Shown here: piece by piece, positions 10,819 to 22,249 of the stretch
Layout of the letters: each line of letters opens with the position of its first letter
Position numbering within the stretch: the first letter of the stretch is position 1
Assembly (NCBI RefSeq): GCF_006345805.1
Contig: NW_021835304.1
Coordinates: 1-40,847 of the forward strand
Direction of reading: 5' to 3'
From: Octopus sinensis
Lineage: Eukaryota
Length of the DNA stretch: 40,847 bases
Notes under the pieces: generated by a model
Seen by the model: the letters and a program-made list of their open reading frames with translations, nothing else
The model's database searches: none
Told to the model about the DNA's origin: nothing
Position numbers and translations under genes: made by a program

Positions 10819-11255
10819 ATAATAATAATAATAATAATAACAACAACAACACAACAACAATAATAATGATAATAATAATAATAAGGTGTATGATGAAGTA
10901 GCATTTCATGAGTTTTAATTTACATTTTGATTTAAATACTGCTTACTAGTGACCAACACATGTTTCCACTACATCGGTTAGTAAATGTTGTATTTGCAAC
11001 TTTGCTATAAAACCCGTGTAGTTTCTGCAGGGTCTTCACTGTAAAATCCATTCAGACTGAACTGGTAAGAGTTGTAGTGGAAACATATGTAGGTCTATAT
11101 TAAGCTGTATTTAAATTAAAGTGTAATGTATGCAGGTATATGTATGTATATATACCCGCACATACATACATACATACATACATGCATACCTACCTACCTA
11201 CTACCTACCTACCTACCTACCTACATACCTACCTACATACATACATACATATATT

Positions 11256-11560
11256 GACCTCCTTCGGTCATGACTGACCATGGGAATTGTACATAGAAAG
11301 TTAGCCTCCCAGGCACAAGTCCGGGCAAAGTTGTTTATGGAAGACCAGCAGTCGCCCATGCATACCGGCCTCCCCTCTCCACGCCACCAGTGTTATCCAA
11401 GAGAAAGGCAAAGGCTGATACAGCTTGGCACCAGTGACGTCGCAACTCATTTCTACAGCTGAGTGAACTGGAGTAACGTGAAATAAAGCCTGGTCCGGGA
11501 ATCGAACTCACAACCTCACGATTGTAAACTCGATGCTGTAACCACTGAGCGCCTTCACCA
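11256..11560 (-). mobile_element. tRNA-headed SINE family C
   Basis: Minus strand GGCGCTCAGTGGTTACAGC (A box) and GAGTTCGATTCCC (B box), then TTTATTTCACGTTACTCCAGTTCACTCAGCTG body; homologous to 22250-22497 and 31268-31495. Confidence 0.88.
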
Positions 11561-11879
11561 TACATATATACATACATACATACATACATACATACATACA
11601 TACATACATACATACATACATACATACACGGACACACACGCGTAAATATATGTATGTATACACATACATATACATACATGTTTATATGCGTGTGTATACA
11701 TACTCATCAACGACCCAAACGTATGTGTTTAACTCGACTTTTCCTTAACTCTAAACGTGTCCCTTTAAAAACGTCTGGGCCGCCCACCTGTGTAATTATA
11801 GCACCTGTGGTAGTACGAGTAGTGATGATGTTGTAGTTGTTTTACTTTTTGTATTTGTTGTTTTTATTGGTTCTTTGCT

Positions 11880-12228
11880 GTTTCATTGCAGTTGTTGGTA
11901 GTCACCTCAGCAGTGGTGGTCATCTGGATAATGTTAGAAATGTTGTTAGTGTTGTGGAAATCTAGCCGCGCCTTGGATAACTCCGATCGGGTACCTATGA
12001 TTGAAGCAGAAGTGGTATATTAGTAGTAGCAGCAGTAGTAGTGGTAGTAGTTGTAGTAGTTGTAGTAATAGTAGCAGTAGTAGCAGCAGCAGCAGTAGTA
12101 GCAGTGGTAGTAGTAGCAGTAGTTGTAGTAGTGGTAGTGGTTGTTGTAGTGATAGTTGTAGCGATAGTAATAGTAGTGGTGGTTGTAGTAGGCGTTGTGG
12201 TATTGTTGGCGATGCTGGTAGTCTTATT

Positions 12229-12271
<43 letters not shown>

Positions 12272-12860
12272 CGGCTGGCTGGTGGTGGTGGCGGTGGTAA
12301 TGGTGACGATGGTGGGGTTGGTATTACTACCACCACTGCTGCTATGGCTGCTACAAATAGTAGTAGGAGTAGGAGTAGTAGTAGTAGTAGCGGTAGTGGT
12401 AGTGGTAGTGGTAGTAGTACTAATGGTGGTGGTATTTGTTGGTGTAGCGAAATGTTATGGTTAGGGTTAATGTTTTTGTTGCGTTTTAAACTGAAAGCAA
12501 TCCTCTCCGATTTACGGAGAAGTGGACACCATGGTGCCAAACCTGATCGGATCTGTGGGGGCAGAGTAACTTTAGACGGTTTAATGGAAGGAGGTGGAGT
12601 GGTGGTGGCCTTGGCGTTAGTGTTGTTGTTGTTGTTGGTGGTGGTCGTTGTCGTGTAAGGAAAGACGGGTGCTGTGTTGGTGGTAGTGGCGTCAGTAGTG
12701 GTTGTAATCTATGTATATATATATATATATAGATATACATAGGTGTGGTGGTGGGTTTGGTGGTGCTGATGTTTAGAGTGTTGGTGGTAGTGGTAGTGGT
12801 CGTAATGGTGGTATTGGTGGCGGTGGAGACGGTGGTGCTTGTGATGGGGATGACGGCGTT
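11880..12860. repeat. Degenerate trinucleotide field (GTA/GTG/GTT/GCA)n
   Basis: Mixed triplet repeats; the ORFs here are poly-V/S/T/Y artefacts. Confidence 0.9.
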
Positions 12861-12870
12861 TGGGGCTGTA

Positions 12871-13083
12871 CAGTAATCCCTCAACTATCGCGGGTGTTAG
12901 GTTCCAAAACCACCCACAGGAATAATTAAAATCTAAAAATAAGAAATATACAAATACCTAACGGCCGCGGAAACCCGCGATATACTGAGGAATCCGGGAT
13001 ATAAGTTTACATATATTAGCCAGAAAAATCCACTATGTACTGAGCGCGCAATAGGTGAACCGCGATATGACGAGAGGTTACTG
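12871..13083. mobile_element. Tigger/pogo-like MITE (213 bp)
   Basis: Left TA + CAGTAATCCCTCAACTATCGCGG; right end reverse complement CAGTAACCTCTCGTCATATCGCGG; no ORF; right TA decayed to GA. Confidence 0.75.
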
Positions 13084-13388
13084 GAATGGTGTTGGTGGTG
13101 GTTGTAGTGTTTGAGGTGGTGGTTCCCATGGTGTTGTGGTGGCGCTAGTAACAGTAGTGGTGGTGTTAGTGGTTGTGGTGTTAACAGTGCTTCTTTCGGA
13201 TTCCGTATTCTCAATAACTTCGAAGTCTTTAGCAGAAATAAGTGAACGGTTGTGTAATGCTGTAAGTTTGAGTAGCGATATGTGAGTGCAACTCACTGTG
13301 GTTTGAATAATAGAATGTGAGTGCACATTATATTGAGTTTCGCTCTATTTGAGATCATTATCGCTAGTTCAATACTTCTGTATCTACT

Positions 13389-13792
13389 AAGGCGGCGAGA
13401 TGGCAGAAACGTTAGCACGCCGGGCGAAATGCTTAGCGGTATTTCGTCTGCCGTTATGTTCTGAGTTCAAATTCCGCCGAGGTCGACTTTGCCTCTCATC
13501 CTTTTGGGGTCGATAAATAAAGTACCAGTTACGCACTGGGGTCGATGTAATCGACTTAATCCGTTTGTCTGTCCTTGTTCGTCCTCTCTGTGTTTAGCCC
13601 CTTGTGGGTAGTAAAGAAATAGGTATTTCGTCTGTCTTCGTGTTCTGAGCTCAAATTCCACCGAGGTCGACTTTGCCTTTGATCCTTTCGGGGTAGATAA
13701 AATCAATACCTGTTGAACACTGGGGTCGATGTTATCGACTTATCCCGTCCCCCAAGATTGCTAGCCTTGTGCCAAAATTTGAAACCAATATT
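13389..13792 (+). mobile_element. SINE family B, dimeric body
   Basis: GGCGGCGAGATGGCAGAAACGTTAGC head, GAGTTCAAATTCC B-box-like motif, two GAGGTCGACTTTGCC units. Confidence 0.9.
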
Positions 13793-14157
13793 TCTGTACC
13801 AGCTGATTACATTACCAGGTGTCCAAGGCAAAGGATTTTGTTATCAAACCAATGGTACAATGGTTCCTTGTTTGGTTCCTGTTTTTTTTTTCATCAAATT
13901 CTCCCATCTCAGTCATTTGAAATATAATTATATTTCTCACTGGTCATTAATCAATACTTGTTTGTAAAACTAACTGATTTATCGAGTTAATGAAAAAGCT
14001 TCTCTCAGGTCACCAAAGTTAACAGGCATATGTCCGTCGAATTACACCTTACAATGTTGAAAAGGCAGGAACGCATTAGACAATATAGTCCTGGATAGAC
14101 AATGCCCTGTAGACTAGAGGGAATAGTAGGGATGAAATACGCTTGATCATAAGACAG

Positions 14158-14328
14158 GGCTGGCTGTGAGGTAAGAAACTTGTTTTCCAACTACACGGTT
14201 CTAAGTTCAGTCCCGCTGTATGGCATGTTTGGCAAGTGTCTTCTACTGTAGCCTCGGGCCGACCGGCCAAAGCCTTGTGAGTAGATTTGATAGATGGAAA
14301 CTGGAAGAAGCCCATCGTATATATATAT
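14158..14328 (+). mobile_element. SINE family A 5' half
   Basis: GGCTGTGAGGTAAG...GTTCAGTCCC...GGCAAGTGTCTTC...GGAAACTGGAAGAAGCC then (TA)n. Confidence 0.85.
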
Positions 14329-14399
14329 ATATATAATATATATATATATGACGTCATGATTGACTGCTAGCTCCAAAAGTTTTTTCATTCTCTCTGTTC

Positions 14400-14435
14400 C
14401 TTTCTGTTGAAGAGCGTAGGTTCGAATCGTAAAAG
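14400..14435 (+). ncRNA. Degenerate minimal hammerhead-like motif in a pseudo-LTR-like fragment (~14360-14525)
   Basis: CTTT-CTGTTGA-A-GAGC-GTAG-GTTC-GAAT-CGT-A-AAAG: stem I CTTT/AAAG, stem II with one G.U pair; A6>U and A15.1>U relative to the consensus core. Confidence 0.5.
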
Positions 14436-14524
14436 ACTTTCTCACCTTCCCGAGTGTCAAACTAATACACCTGTTTGTTGCTTATACACCTGTCTTCGTC
14501 TTTTGTTTTTCTGTAAATTTCAAC

Positions 14525-14560
<36 letters not shown>

Positions 14561-14570
14561 ATATGTTGTG

Positions 14571-14601
<31 letters not shown>

Positions 14602-14849
14602 TGTGTGTGTGTGTGTCTTGTGTATGTATGTGTGTGTTGTGTGTTGTGTATGTATGTGTGTATGCATATCGTATTTGCTAAAATAGTGCAGACAGAATCC
14701 TTGAATACACACCAATCTATTCTGTTTAATACAAACTACTTAATAGCGATTGAACTACACCGATTGCTTTTTAGTCGATGATAATATTGGGAGATAATCG
14801 GATGAAACTTTCGATTTTTCATGAAATATCTTTCAACAGGTGATCAAAC

Positions 14850-15340
14850 TTACTGAATTTCAAATGAGATCTTCTGTGAGTGTTCAGAATGCATAGTCAA
14901 ACAAGGTCTACGACCTCGGGTTCCATCGTAACTTCCCACAGAGACGATGACTCTCGGGCCATGTCATCTTTCTTTCATATCCTGTAAGAACATGGTTGTT
15001 CTAACATCAAGCTGGCTAATCCTTGGCATTATCTCCTGATGTACCAGAGCTTTTATCGGAGGAGGTATTTCAATGAAGATATCATTTCGATTTCTCAATT
15101 GACAAATTTAAGAATACTTACTCTGTCTATGTCACCCTTTTCAGGTTTTATCCGCTTACATTTATGACTGCAGAAAATAATTTAACTTCTGATCTTTAAG
15201 AATACCGTAGGTAGGCTGCCTGACGATGCTCTCAAAGCAATCTTTCAATTTTAGCTGAGTAGGTTTCTACTCTTCAGTGTTATGAAATCAGCGAAGCTTG
15301 ATTTCAAGTGCATTTCGGTTATGTTGTTACGTAAGACTCT
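14850..15340 (-). pseudogene. Possible heavily decayed LINE APE-endonuclease relic
   Basis: Only scattered motif-like words (ITEMHLKSS like ITETHL; EP..VDLV like EPTR..LDLV) in different frames with many stops. Confidence 0.2.
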
Positions 15341-16029
15341 GTTATGTGCTGAGATGCAAGGCTTATATATTCTTTATTTTATTTTCAAGAATGTTTTCGG
15401 CAAGGAATTGTTTAAAAATGTGTAATGCGATTGTTTAAAGTATTTAAGGAAGTGTTTGCTTGGCGCCAGGAAGTTACTGTTTGAATCAGATTGAGGCCCC
15501 AGCTTCTGAATGGCCAGTCGTGATTTTACATTTGAGAAACATTAAGTAATGTAACAACTTGTTAATACACACACACACAAACACACCGCACGCACACACC
15601 CACACAACCCCCCCACACACATACACACACACACACTCACACACACACACACTCAACAGTCTTTCAGTCTCTTCTATCTATCTATCTATCTATCTGTCTG
15701 TCTGTCTATCTTTCCCCCCACACTGTACTCTTCCCTTTTCTCTCCCTACTCCACTCGCTATGTCCTCCTCTACCTGCACCTCCAGTTACACAATATAATA
15801 TCCACTACCATAGTAATAATTTAATTCAGCCAACATGTAAGCATCTACGTGGTCACAGCATTCGCTAGAAGTAGTGGGCACAACTCCCTCAAATCACATG
15901 TTACTGCCTTAGAAAAAGATACGCTGAATAATGTTTTTTGCCTTTCTTACGAACAGGGAAAATACAGGATGGTCGCAGCTAGAATGTCTTTGGCCATAGA
16001 CCTGCCGTCCGACTCTGACCAGAGGCTAA

Positions 16030-16069
<40 letters not shown>

Positions 16070-16084
16070 TCAGCAGCAGCAACA

Positions 16085-16445
16085 GGAGGAGCAATGGCCC
16101 AATGGTTAGGGTAGTGGACTCATTGTGTGTGTTTATTGAGCGAAAACACCTAAAGTTCCACGAGCCTCCGGCAGGGGGTGGTGGCGACCCCTGTTCTACT
16201 CTTTCGTCCCAACTTTCTCTCACTCTTCCTGTTTATTTTCCCCAACTTCCTACGCAACCGCTGAGCCTGGATGCGTATTCATCCATCTGTCGATGCTCTC
16301 GGTGTCGGGGTGGGGGGTTGACCTGCTTTCTCTTCTGCGGGTCTTACGAATAGCAAAGGACCACGTTTCGGACTTCTCCCACTACAGACAATCCTGAGGC
16401 GCGATCTTGCGAGCTCTGGGACGAAGACCGCTTTGCTCAACAAAC
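16085..16445 (+). mobile_element. Retroposon composite: tRNA-like head fragment plus GC-richer structured body ending in (CAAA)n
   Basis: TGGCCCAATGGTTAGGG A-box-like start after (CAA/CAG)n; the body ends GCTTTGCTCAACAAACAAAC like a TPRT tail; family not identified. Confidence 0.45.
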
Positions 16446-17104
16446 AAACCAACCAACCAATAAACAAACAGCAACAGCAACAACACCAACAATCTCAGGT
16501 AGAATCGAACTTCTGGAGTCTGTTTTTACAGACATTCTTAGTTTCTTAATTCGAAACAAAAACAACTCATTGCTTTGTAGATTCTCACTGGCCATTCTTC
16601 GGTTGGAATCTTCACAAGATAAAAGGCAATACAAAATCTAGTGAAGGTTCTTAGTAAATTCTGGTTTGGTCTGGAATGGTTCGGTCGTGCCTAGATTGGT
16701 CCGGTCTCATCACTATCTCAGCTTGATTTAATCTACTCAATCCAATTTTAATCTTAAACGAGAGATATCATTTGTTTGTGTGTGTGTGTGTATATATATA
16801 TGTATATACGTGTGTGCGGTTTTTATGTGTATATGTGTATAGCGCGTCAACGTATGTGCGTGCATGGTTGTGCGAATGTATACACATATTGTGAAAGAAT
16901 GATTATGGTATGTTTATGTGTGTATTTTTCCCAGAGTGTTTTCGGGAATGCACAAGCACATATGCGGATGTGTGTATTTAGTGTAGGTAGGTGTATGTAT
17001 ACGCGTGTGTGTGTGTGTGCCAGTGTGTTATATATATTATACATACAGATATGCACACATACCCACGCACACAATGTTTAGATGTGTATTTAGATGTACA
17101 AGTG

Positions 17105-17154
17105 TGCATATATATATATCTATATATATATATATATATATATATAAATGTATA

Positions 17155-17224
<70 letters not shown>

Positions 17225-17300
17225 CATATATGTATACTATACATATATATATATATATACATATATACTTTTATGTATGCATATATATATATATGCATAT
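17105..17300. repeat. Long (TA)n microsatellite within a (TA)/(TG) field (16770-17400)
   Basis: Direct inspection. Confidence 0.95.
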
Positions 17301-17902
17301 ATATATATTGTTATAGGTATGTGTATAAAAGTGTGTGCATGTATGTATGTGCTTGTGTGTGTATGTGTGTGTGTGTGTATGTGTGTGTATGTGTGTGTGT
17401 GGATGTCGTTTTGCTGGTTGCGTCGGTGTGATACAATGGAAATACCTTGAGGGCAAACCTGTAGTTGTTTTGAAACTGCAACAAAAGCCGTTGTAGTTGA
17501 GAGTTTCCGTTCTAACGGCTTAGAACGATAATAGCTCCAAGAGATAAGTTTAATATTCCGTCACGAAAACCAAAAACCAAAAAAATAAATAAATAAATAA
17601 AATAACCAAAAGAAAGAAAGAAACAAACAAAAAAAAACCCTCCAAAAACAGCCAAACTGAAGCACTGCCTCTTCAGTTCTTCAGCTCTTCTTAAAACACA
17701 GATAAAACGATGACGAGAGAAAATCTTTGCTTTGCAGATTAGCAACGCCTTCCATCACAAACCGCTAAACATAGCGACTGTTACCAGCGCTGCTGCTGAT
17801 GATGATGACGCTGACGCTGATGCTGCTGACGTGGCCGCTGCGGCATTGTTGTTGTTGTTGCTGTAGCTGTAGCTGTTATTGTTGTTGTTGTTGTCGTTGC
17901 CG

Positions 17903-17949
<47 letters not shown>

Positions 17950-17986
17950 GCAGTAGTAGTAGTAGTAGTAGTAGCGGTGAAACAGT

Positions 17987-18048
17987 GGTGTCGATATAAT
18001 CGACTTTCCCCATCCTCAAATTTCAGGCCTTGTGTCTATAGTAGAAAA

Positions 18049-18050
<2 letters not shown>
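17987..18050 (+). mobile_element. SINE family B 3' fragment running into (TTA)n
   Basis: GTCGATATAATCGAC...AAATTTCAGGCCTTGTGTCTATAGTAGAAA. Confidence 0.75.
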
Positions 18051-18085
<35 letters not shown>

Positions 18086-18641
18086 GAGTGAGAGAGCAGT
18101 GCATGCCATCAAAGCGACACTGGGGTAAAATATACGAAGCCCAATATACCCATCATGACTACCCGTCTGATAAGGGTACACTAGGCACATGCATCACAAC
18201 CTTGTGTGCGCAACATGGTGATCTCATATCAAGATAAACAGCACATGACCTTGCGGGTGGGGCCCAGTTAGAATTTTCTTCAGGTTGAGTAGCCCATCCT
18301 GCTCAAAAGGTCCCTGATTAAAGGTTGTTTAAGGATGTTGATCGAAACATCCATGTTTCCAGAGGTGAATTATTCAAACCCCAAAGAATCCCTCTCAACA
18401 CATGGCCATGATGCTTCCCCACTACTTCTGCTCGTGATCAGAGATGCACGTATTGTCAGCCACTAAGGGACATGCTCAACTGGTTAAGGTCAAACAACTG
18501 ACAAGCAAATTGTGGTATTGAGCAGAATATTTGCTGTAGCCGATCTTTTATACCAGACCAAACAATGTACATGATAACACTTCCGATCAGTTAAGATCAG
18601 AAGCCATGAGAGTCACTGTCTGGTACTGCATCAGGGCATTT
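18086..18641 (-). mobile_element. ~555-bp non-coding element (family E) embedded in (TAA)n; strand inferred from (TAA) orientation
   Basis: Colinear end to end with 37198-37736 in the opposite orientation; both ends abut (TTA)n. Confidence 0.85.
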
Positions 18642-18687
18642 ATTATTATTAATTATTATTATTATTATTAATTATTATATTATTATT

Positions 18688-18762
<75 letters not shown>

Positions 18763-19283
18763 ATTCTCCAAACCCCAAAATTCCTCTCACACCATGGCTA
18801 TGATGCTTCCCCACGGCTTCCACTAGCTGCCACTGTCGTTGTTGTTAAGCAACAAGACGGGTAAGGGTGATTAGGTGATGGTCTAGGGTTTAGGGGCGGG
18901 AGACCCCAGACCTTGGAAAAAAAGAAACTTTGGTTGTCTTGTTGTAGTGGAGGGCTCTTCGTTGACGTCTGACACCACTGGGAGGTGGCCCTCGAAGTCG
19001 CTGGAAATGGAGATACCCAGGACCAAATACTTGAACGGCTGCTGCTGCTGCTGAAATTGTAACCGACAGATTATATCAACAATTTGGAAAAAAAAACCCC
19101 CAAAAAAACCAAACAAGCAAAAAACAAACAAGGGAACGTGGTTTCCTCGATTCGAACAAGGAATATCTGATACCTCTCTCATTAGTGATTTAATGAAATA
19201 TGCATATTTATCAGTTATTTATTCATTATTTTATTAAAACATTCATCGGAACTTTCGTATGTTTATTATAATATTTAATTACT

Positions 19284-19495
19284 GAGCTAGCCGAATCGTT
19301 AGCACGCCGGACGAAATGCTTAGCAGTATTTCGTCCGTCTATACGTTCTCATTTCAAATTCCACCGAGGTCGACTTTGCTTTTCATCCTTTCGGGGTCGA
19401 TAAAATAAGCACCAGTGAAACACTGGGGTACTGGGGTCGATATAAACAACTTTCCCCATCCACAAATTTCAGGCCTTGTATCTATAATAGAAAAG

Positions 19496-19497
<2 letters not shown>
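19284..19497 (+). mobile_element. SINE family B monomer with (TTA)n tail
   Basis: CGTTAGCACGCCGGACGAAATGC...GAGGTCGACTTTGC...AAATTTCAGGCCTTG. Confidence 0.9.
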
Positions 19498-19555
<58 letters not shown>

Positions 19556-19619
19556 GTTATCATTATTATCATTATTATTGTTATTATTATTATTATTGTT
19601 ATCAGTATTATCATTATTA

Positions 19620-19658
<39 letters not shown>

Positions 19659-19735
19659 ATTAATTATTATGTTTATCATTATTATCATTATTATTGTTAT
19701 TATTATTATTATTATTATTATATTATTATTATTAT

Positions 19736-20061
19736 TCAGTAGTTTTTATTTTATAGCGTGCTTTCACTTCACTACGAGCGCAGCTCTGTTGCCTTGGGTA
19801 TGTGCTGTGATTTGTTGTGATGCTCTGATGGTTATTGTATGGACAGTGTGTGTGCAGTGCCTAGTAGTGCACCTAGTGCACCTACAGTGCCTAATGCACC
19901 TACTATGATAGGAATTGTTTCTGTTTTCAGATTCCACATTCTAGTTACCTCTATTTCCAGGTCTTTGTATTTTGAGAGTTTTCTCCATTTCTTTTAGAAC
20001 ACGTTGTCATCTGCCTTATTGATACATCAATTAGAAAGCATTTTTTTTCTTCATGATCTCT
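19736..20061 (-). mobile_element. R4/Dong-like 3' fragment, copy 5, internally deleted, in (TTA)n
   Basis: Reverse complement DHEEKKCFLIDVSI...KYKDLEIEVTRMWNLKTETIPIIVGALG, then a deletion, then the same 3'UTR ending CTACTGA-ATAAT. Confidence 0.9.
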
Positions 20062-20077
20062 ATTATTATTTATTTTA

Positions 20078-20129
<52 letters not shown>

Positions 20130-20136
20130 TTATTTA

Positions 20137-20193
<57 letters not shown>

Positions 20194-20371
20194 GTTGTTG
20201 TTGTTGTTGTTTATTTTTCTTTCTTCAGATATCCTCCATTTCTCGCTGAATGTTTACCGTATACCTAGGGCAGCTCTTATATGCATTCCCAGATTACACA
20301 CGCAAATTCACAGGTAAAATATGTATTTAAAAAAATTCATAAATAAATAAATTCATGAATGGATGCTGTTT

Positions 20372-20955
20372 TCACAGCGATAATGCTCTTCTCAGTACAT
20401 GAGCTGTTCCAGTTAATATGATTTTTTGCCCTTCCTGTAGGGATGGTAAGCCTGGTATCATTTTCAAATAGATTTCAGTACCTTTTTTTTTTATCATTCC
20501 TTGAGATCCTACAATCACTGGTACTGTAGTCGCCTTGAGATGCCACATTTTTTCAATTTCTATTAGCAAGTCTTTATATTTACTGATCTTGCCAAATTCT
20601 TTCGCCGCTATATTGTGATCGCAAGGAATACTCATGTTAATTAATAAACACACCTTTTTTGTCTGATCTTTTATAATAATTCGGAGTACTAGGTGATTTT
20701 TTTCAATCTCTTTACTCTCAACATTCATGTCATTTGGTATGGCTACAGCAGTGATCTGACCGTATTGGTCTCTCTTATTCAATATGACAATATCCAGCCG
20801 ACGGTATTCGATTACACGATCCGTCTGAAAAATCATAGTCCCAGAGTATCGTTACTTTTCCATCCTCCTGCACAACTTTACTTGGTACATGCTCATACCA
20901 GTTCTCTCTTACTTCATATTGGTATTTATGGCATAGGAGCCAATGAAGATACACA
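20372..20955 (-). mobile_element. RLE non-LTR fragment with two consecutive PD-(D/E)xK segments (chimeric)
   Basis: YLHWLLC..WYEH.P..V...ILWD, then QTDRVIEYRRLDIV..AIPND..SKEIEK fused to IIIKDQTKKVCLLINMSIPCD..KISKYKDL...GTAHVLRRALSL*. Confidence 0.85.
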
Positions 20956-21182
20956 CACACACACACACACACACTTTATCGTGGGGCATATATATTCTTT
21001 TTGTGGTGGTGGTGGTGGTGGTGGTGAGGGTGATGATGATGATGATGATGATGATGATGGGGATATTCTCTTAGTTATGGTCAAAGTCAAAAAGAAATAC
21101 AAACCCACAGATATACATGAAACATAAAAGAAAAAAAAAGAAAGACAACTTAGAAATAAGATGACGAAAGAAGCGGTATCAC

Positions 21183-21272
21183 GAAGAAGAAGAAGAAGAA
21201 GAAGAAGAAGAAGAGAAGAGAAGAAGAAGAAGAAGAAGAAGAAGAAGAAGAAGAAGAAGAAGAAGAAGAAGA
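21183..21272. repeat. Near-perfect (GAA)n tract
   Basis: Direct inspection. Confidence 0.95.
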
Positions 21273-21410
21273 GATGTAGAAAAAATTATACAAGAAAAAT
21301 AAAAACGAAAAAGAAAAAATAAACAAAATAATCAAGAAGATAAGAATTTAAATCAGATTTGGAAGAACGGAGCGAAATTAAATTAAACACAGTATATTAA
21401 TTAGATCGTT

Positions 21411-21606
21411 AAAGCAGCGTGTTGGCAGAATGGTTAGCACGCCGGACAAAGTTCTGAGTTCAAATTCCGCTGAGGTCGACTTTGTCTTTCATCCTTTCGG
21501 GGTCGATGAAATAAGTACCAGTTACATGCTGGGGGTCGATATAATCGACTCCTCCTTTCCGTCTCCCACAAAACTGTTAGCCTTGTACGAAAATTCGAAA
21601 CCAATA
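21411..21606 (+). mobile_element. SINE family B monomer with internal deletion
   Basis: GGCAGAATGGTTAGCACGCCGG...GAGTTCAAATTCCGCTGAGGTCGACTTTG. Confidence 0.85.
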
Positions 21607-22072
21607 TATTAATTAATATATTGGAACGGTGGATTGGTCCAGTCGGTAGAGTGGAGCCTAGTAAATGCATTGACTTTCTACGTTCAAATGCCATTCAAGT
21701 CAACTTTGATCTTATTCTTGCAGGGACAATGAAGTATCAAGCATGAACTTGAGTCGATTTAATAGACTTAAAACCTTCTCAAAATACTTGAATCTCTGGC
21801 AATTTCATAAATCAATTTTAATTCATTAACATACATATTACACATTGTTATAGTGCATTGTTGTGTCATTCCAAAAATTTTATTCTTTAGAAACAATACA
21901 CAATGCTTCAAGTGAATTACAATAGTCTCTTATCTCTACGCTTAGGCCAGGCCAAGTTCGCAACCGCTAGGGAGTTGATCAAGCTATCTGAGAAACGTGC
22001 TAAAATCGGATGCCAAAATAAACTTTCCTCCGTGGAAAACCGATTATAGCAGCGACTCCATCAATTCCTAGG

Positions 22073-22112
22073 GATATCTGATGAAGGAATTTTTATTCCA
22101 AAATATCATATC
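22073..22112 (+). ncRNA. Minimal type-I hammerhead ribozyme with a single core substitution (G12>A)
   Basis: GATAT-CTGATGA-A-GGAAT-TTTT-ATTCC-AAA-ATAT-C-ATATC: 5-bp stem I, intact CUGAUGA, 5-bp stem II, palindromic ATAT stem III, AUC triplet (cut after 22107). Confidence 0.7.
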
Positions 22113-22249
22113 AGACATTGTTTGTATTATAGTGCATTGTTGTGTCATGCAAAATATTTCATTCTTTAAATTATTATTAATATTTTGAAAACTAGAAAAT
22201 TATTCGTCATATGGTAGGGAAATTTAGAAGAATATTTTTGTCCCCATGG

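Larger units (their letters stand above)
7576..10884 (+). repeat. Interrupted (TAA)n microsatellite array hosting retrotransposon fragments
   Basis: (TAA)n blocks at ~7576-7638, 8337-8428, 10008-10026, 10250-10333, 10461-10535 and 10662-10884. Confidence 0.95.

Noticed and set aside
18883-19080. Minus-strand FKYLVLGISISSD resembling an RT thumb FKYLG motif, or an exon after TTTCAG
   Set aside because: A single short motif with no supporting RT context.
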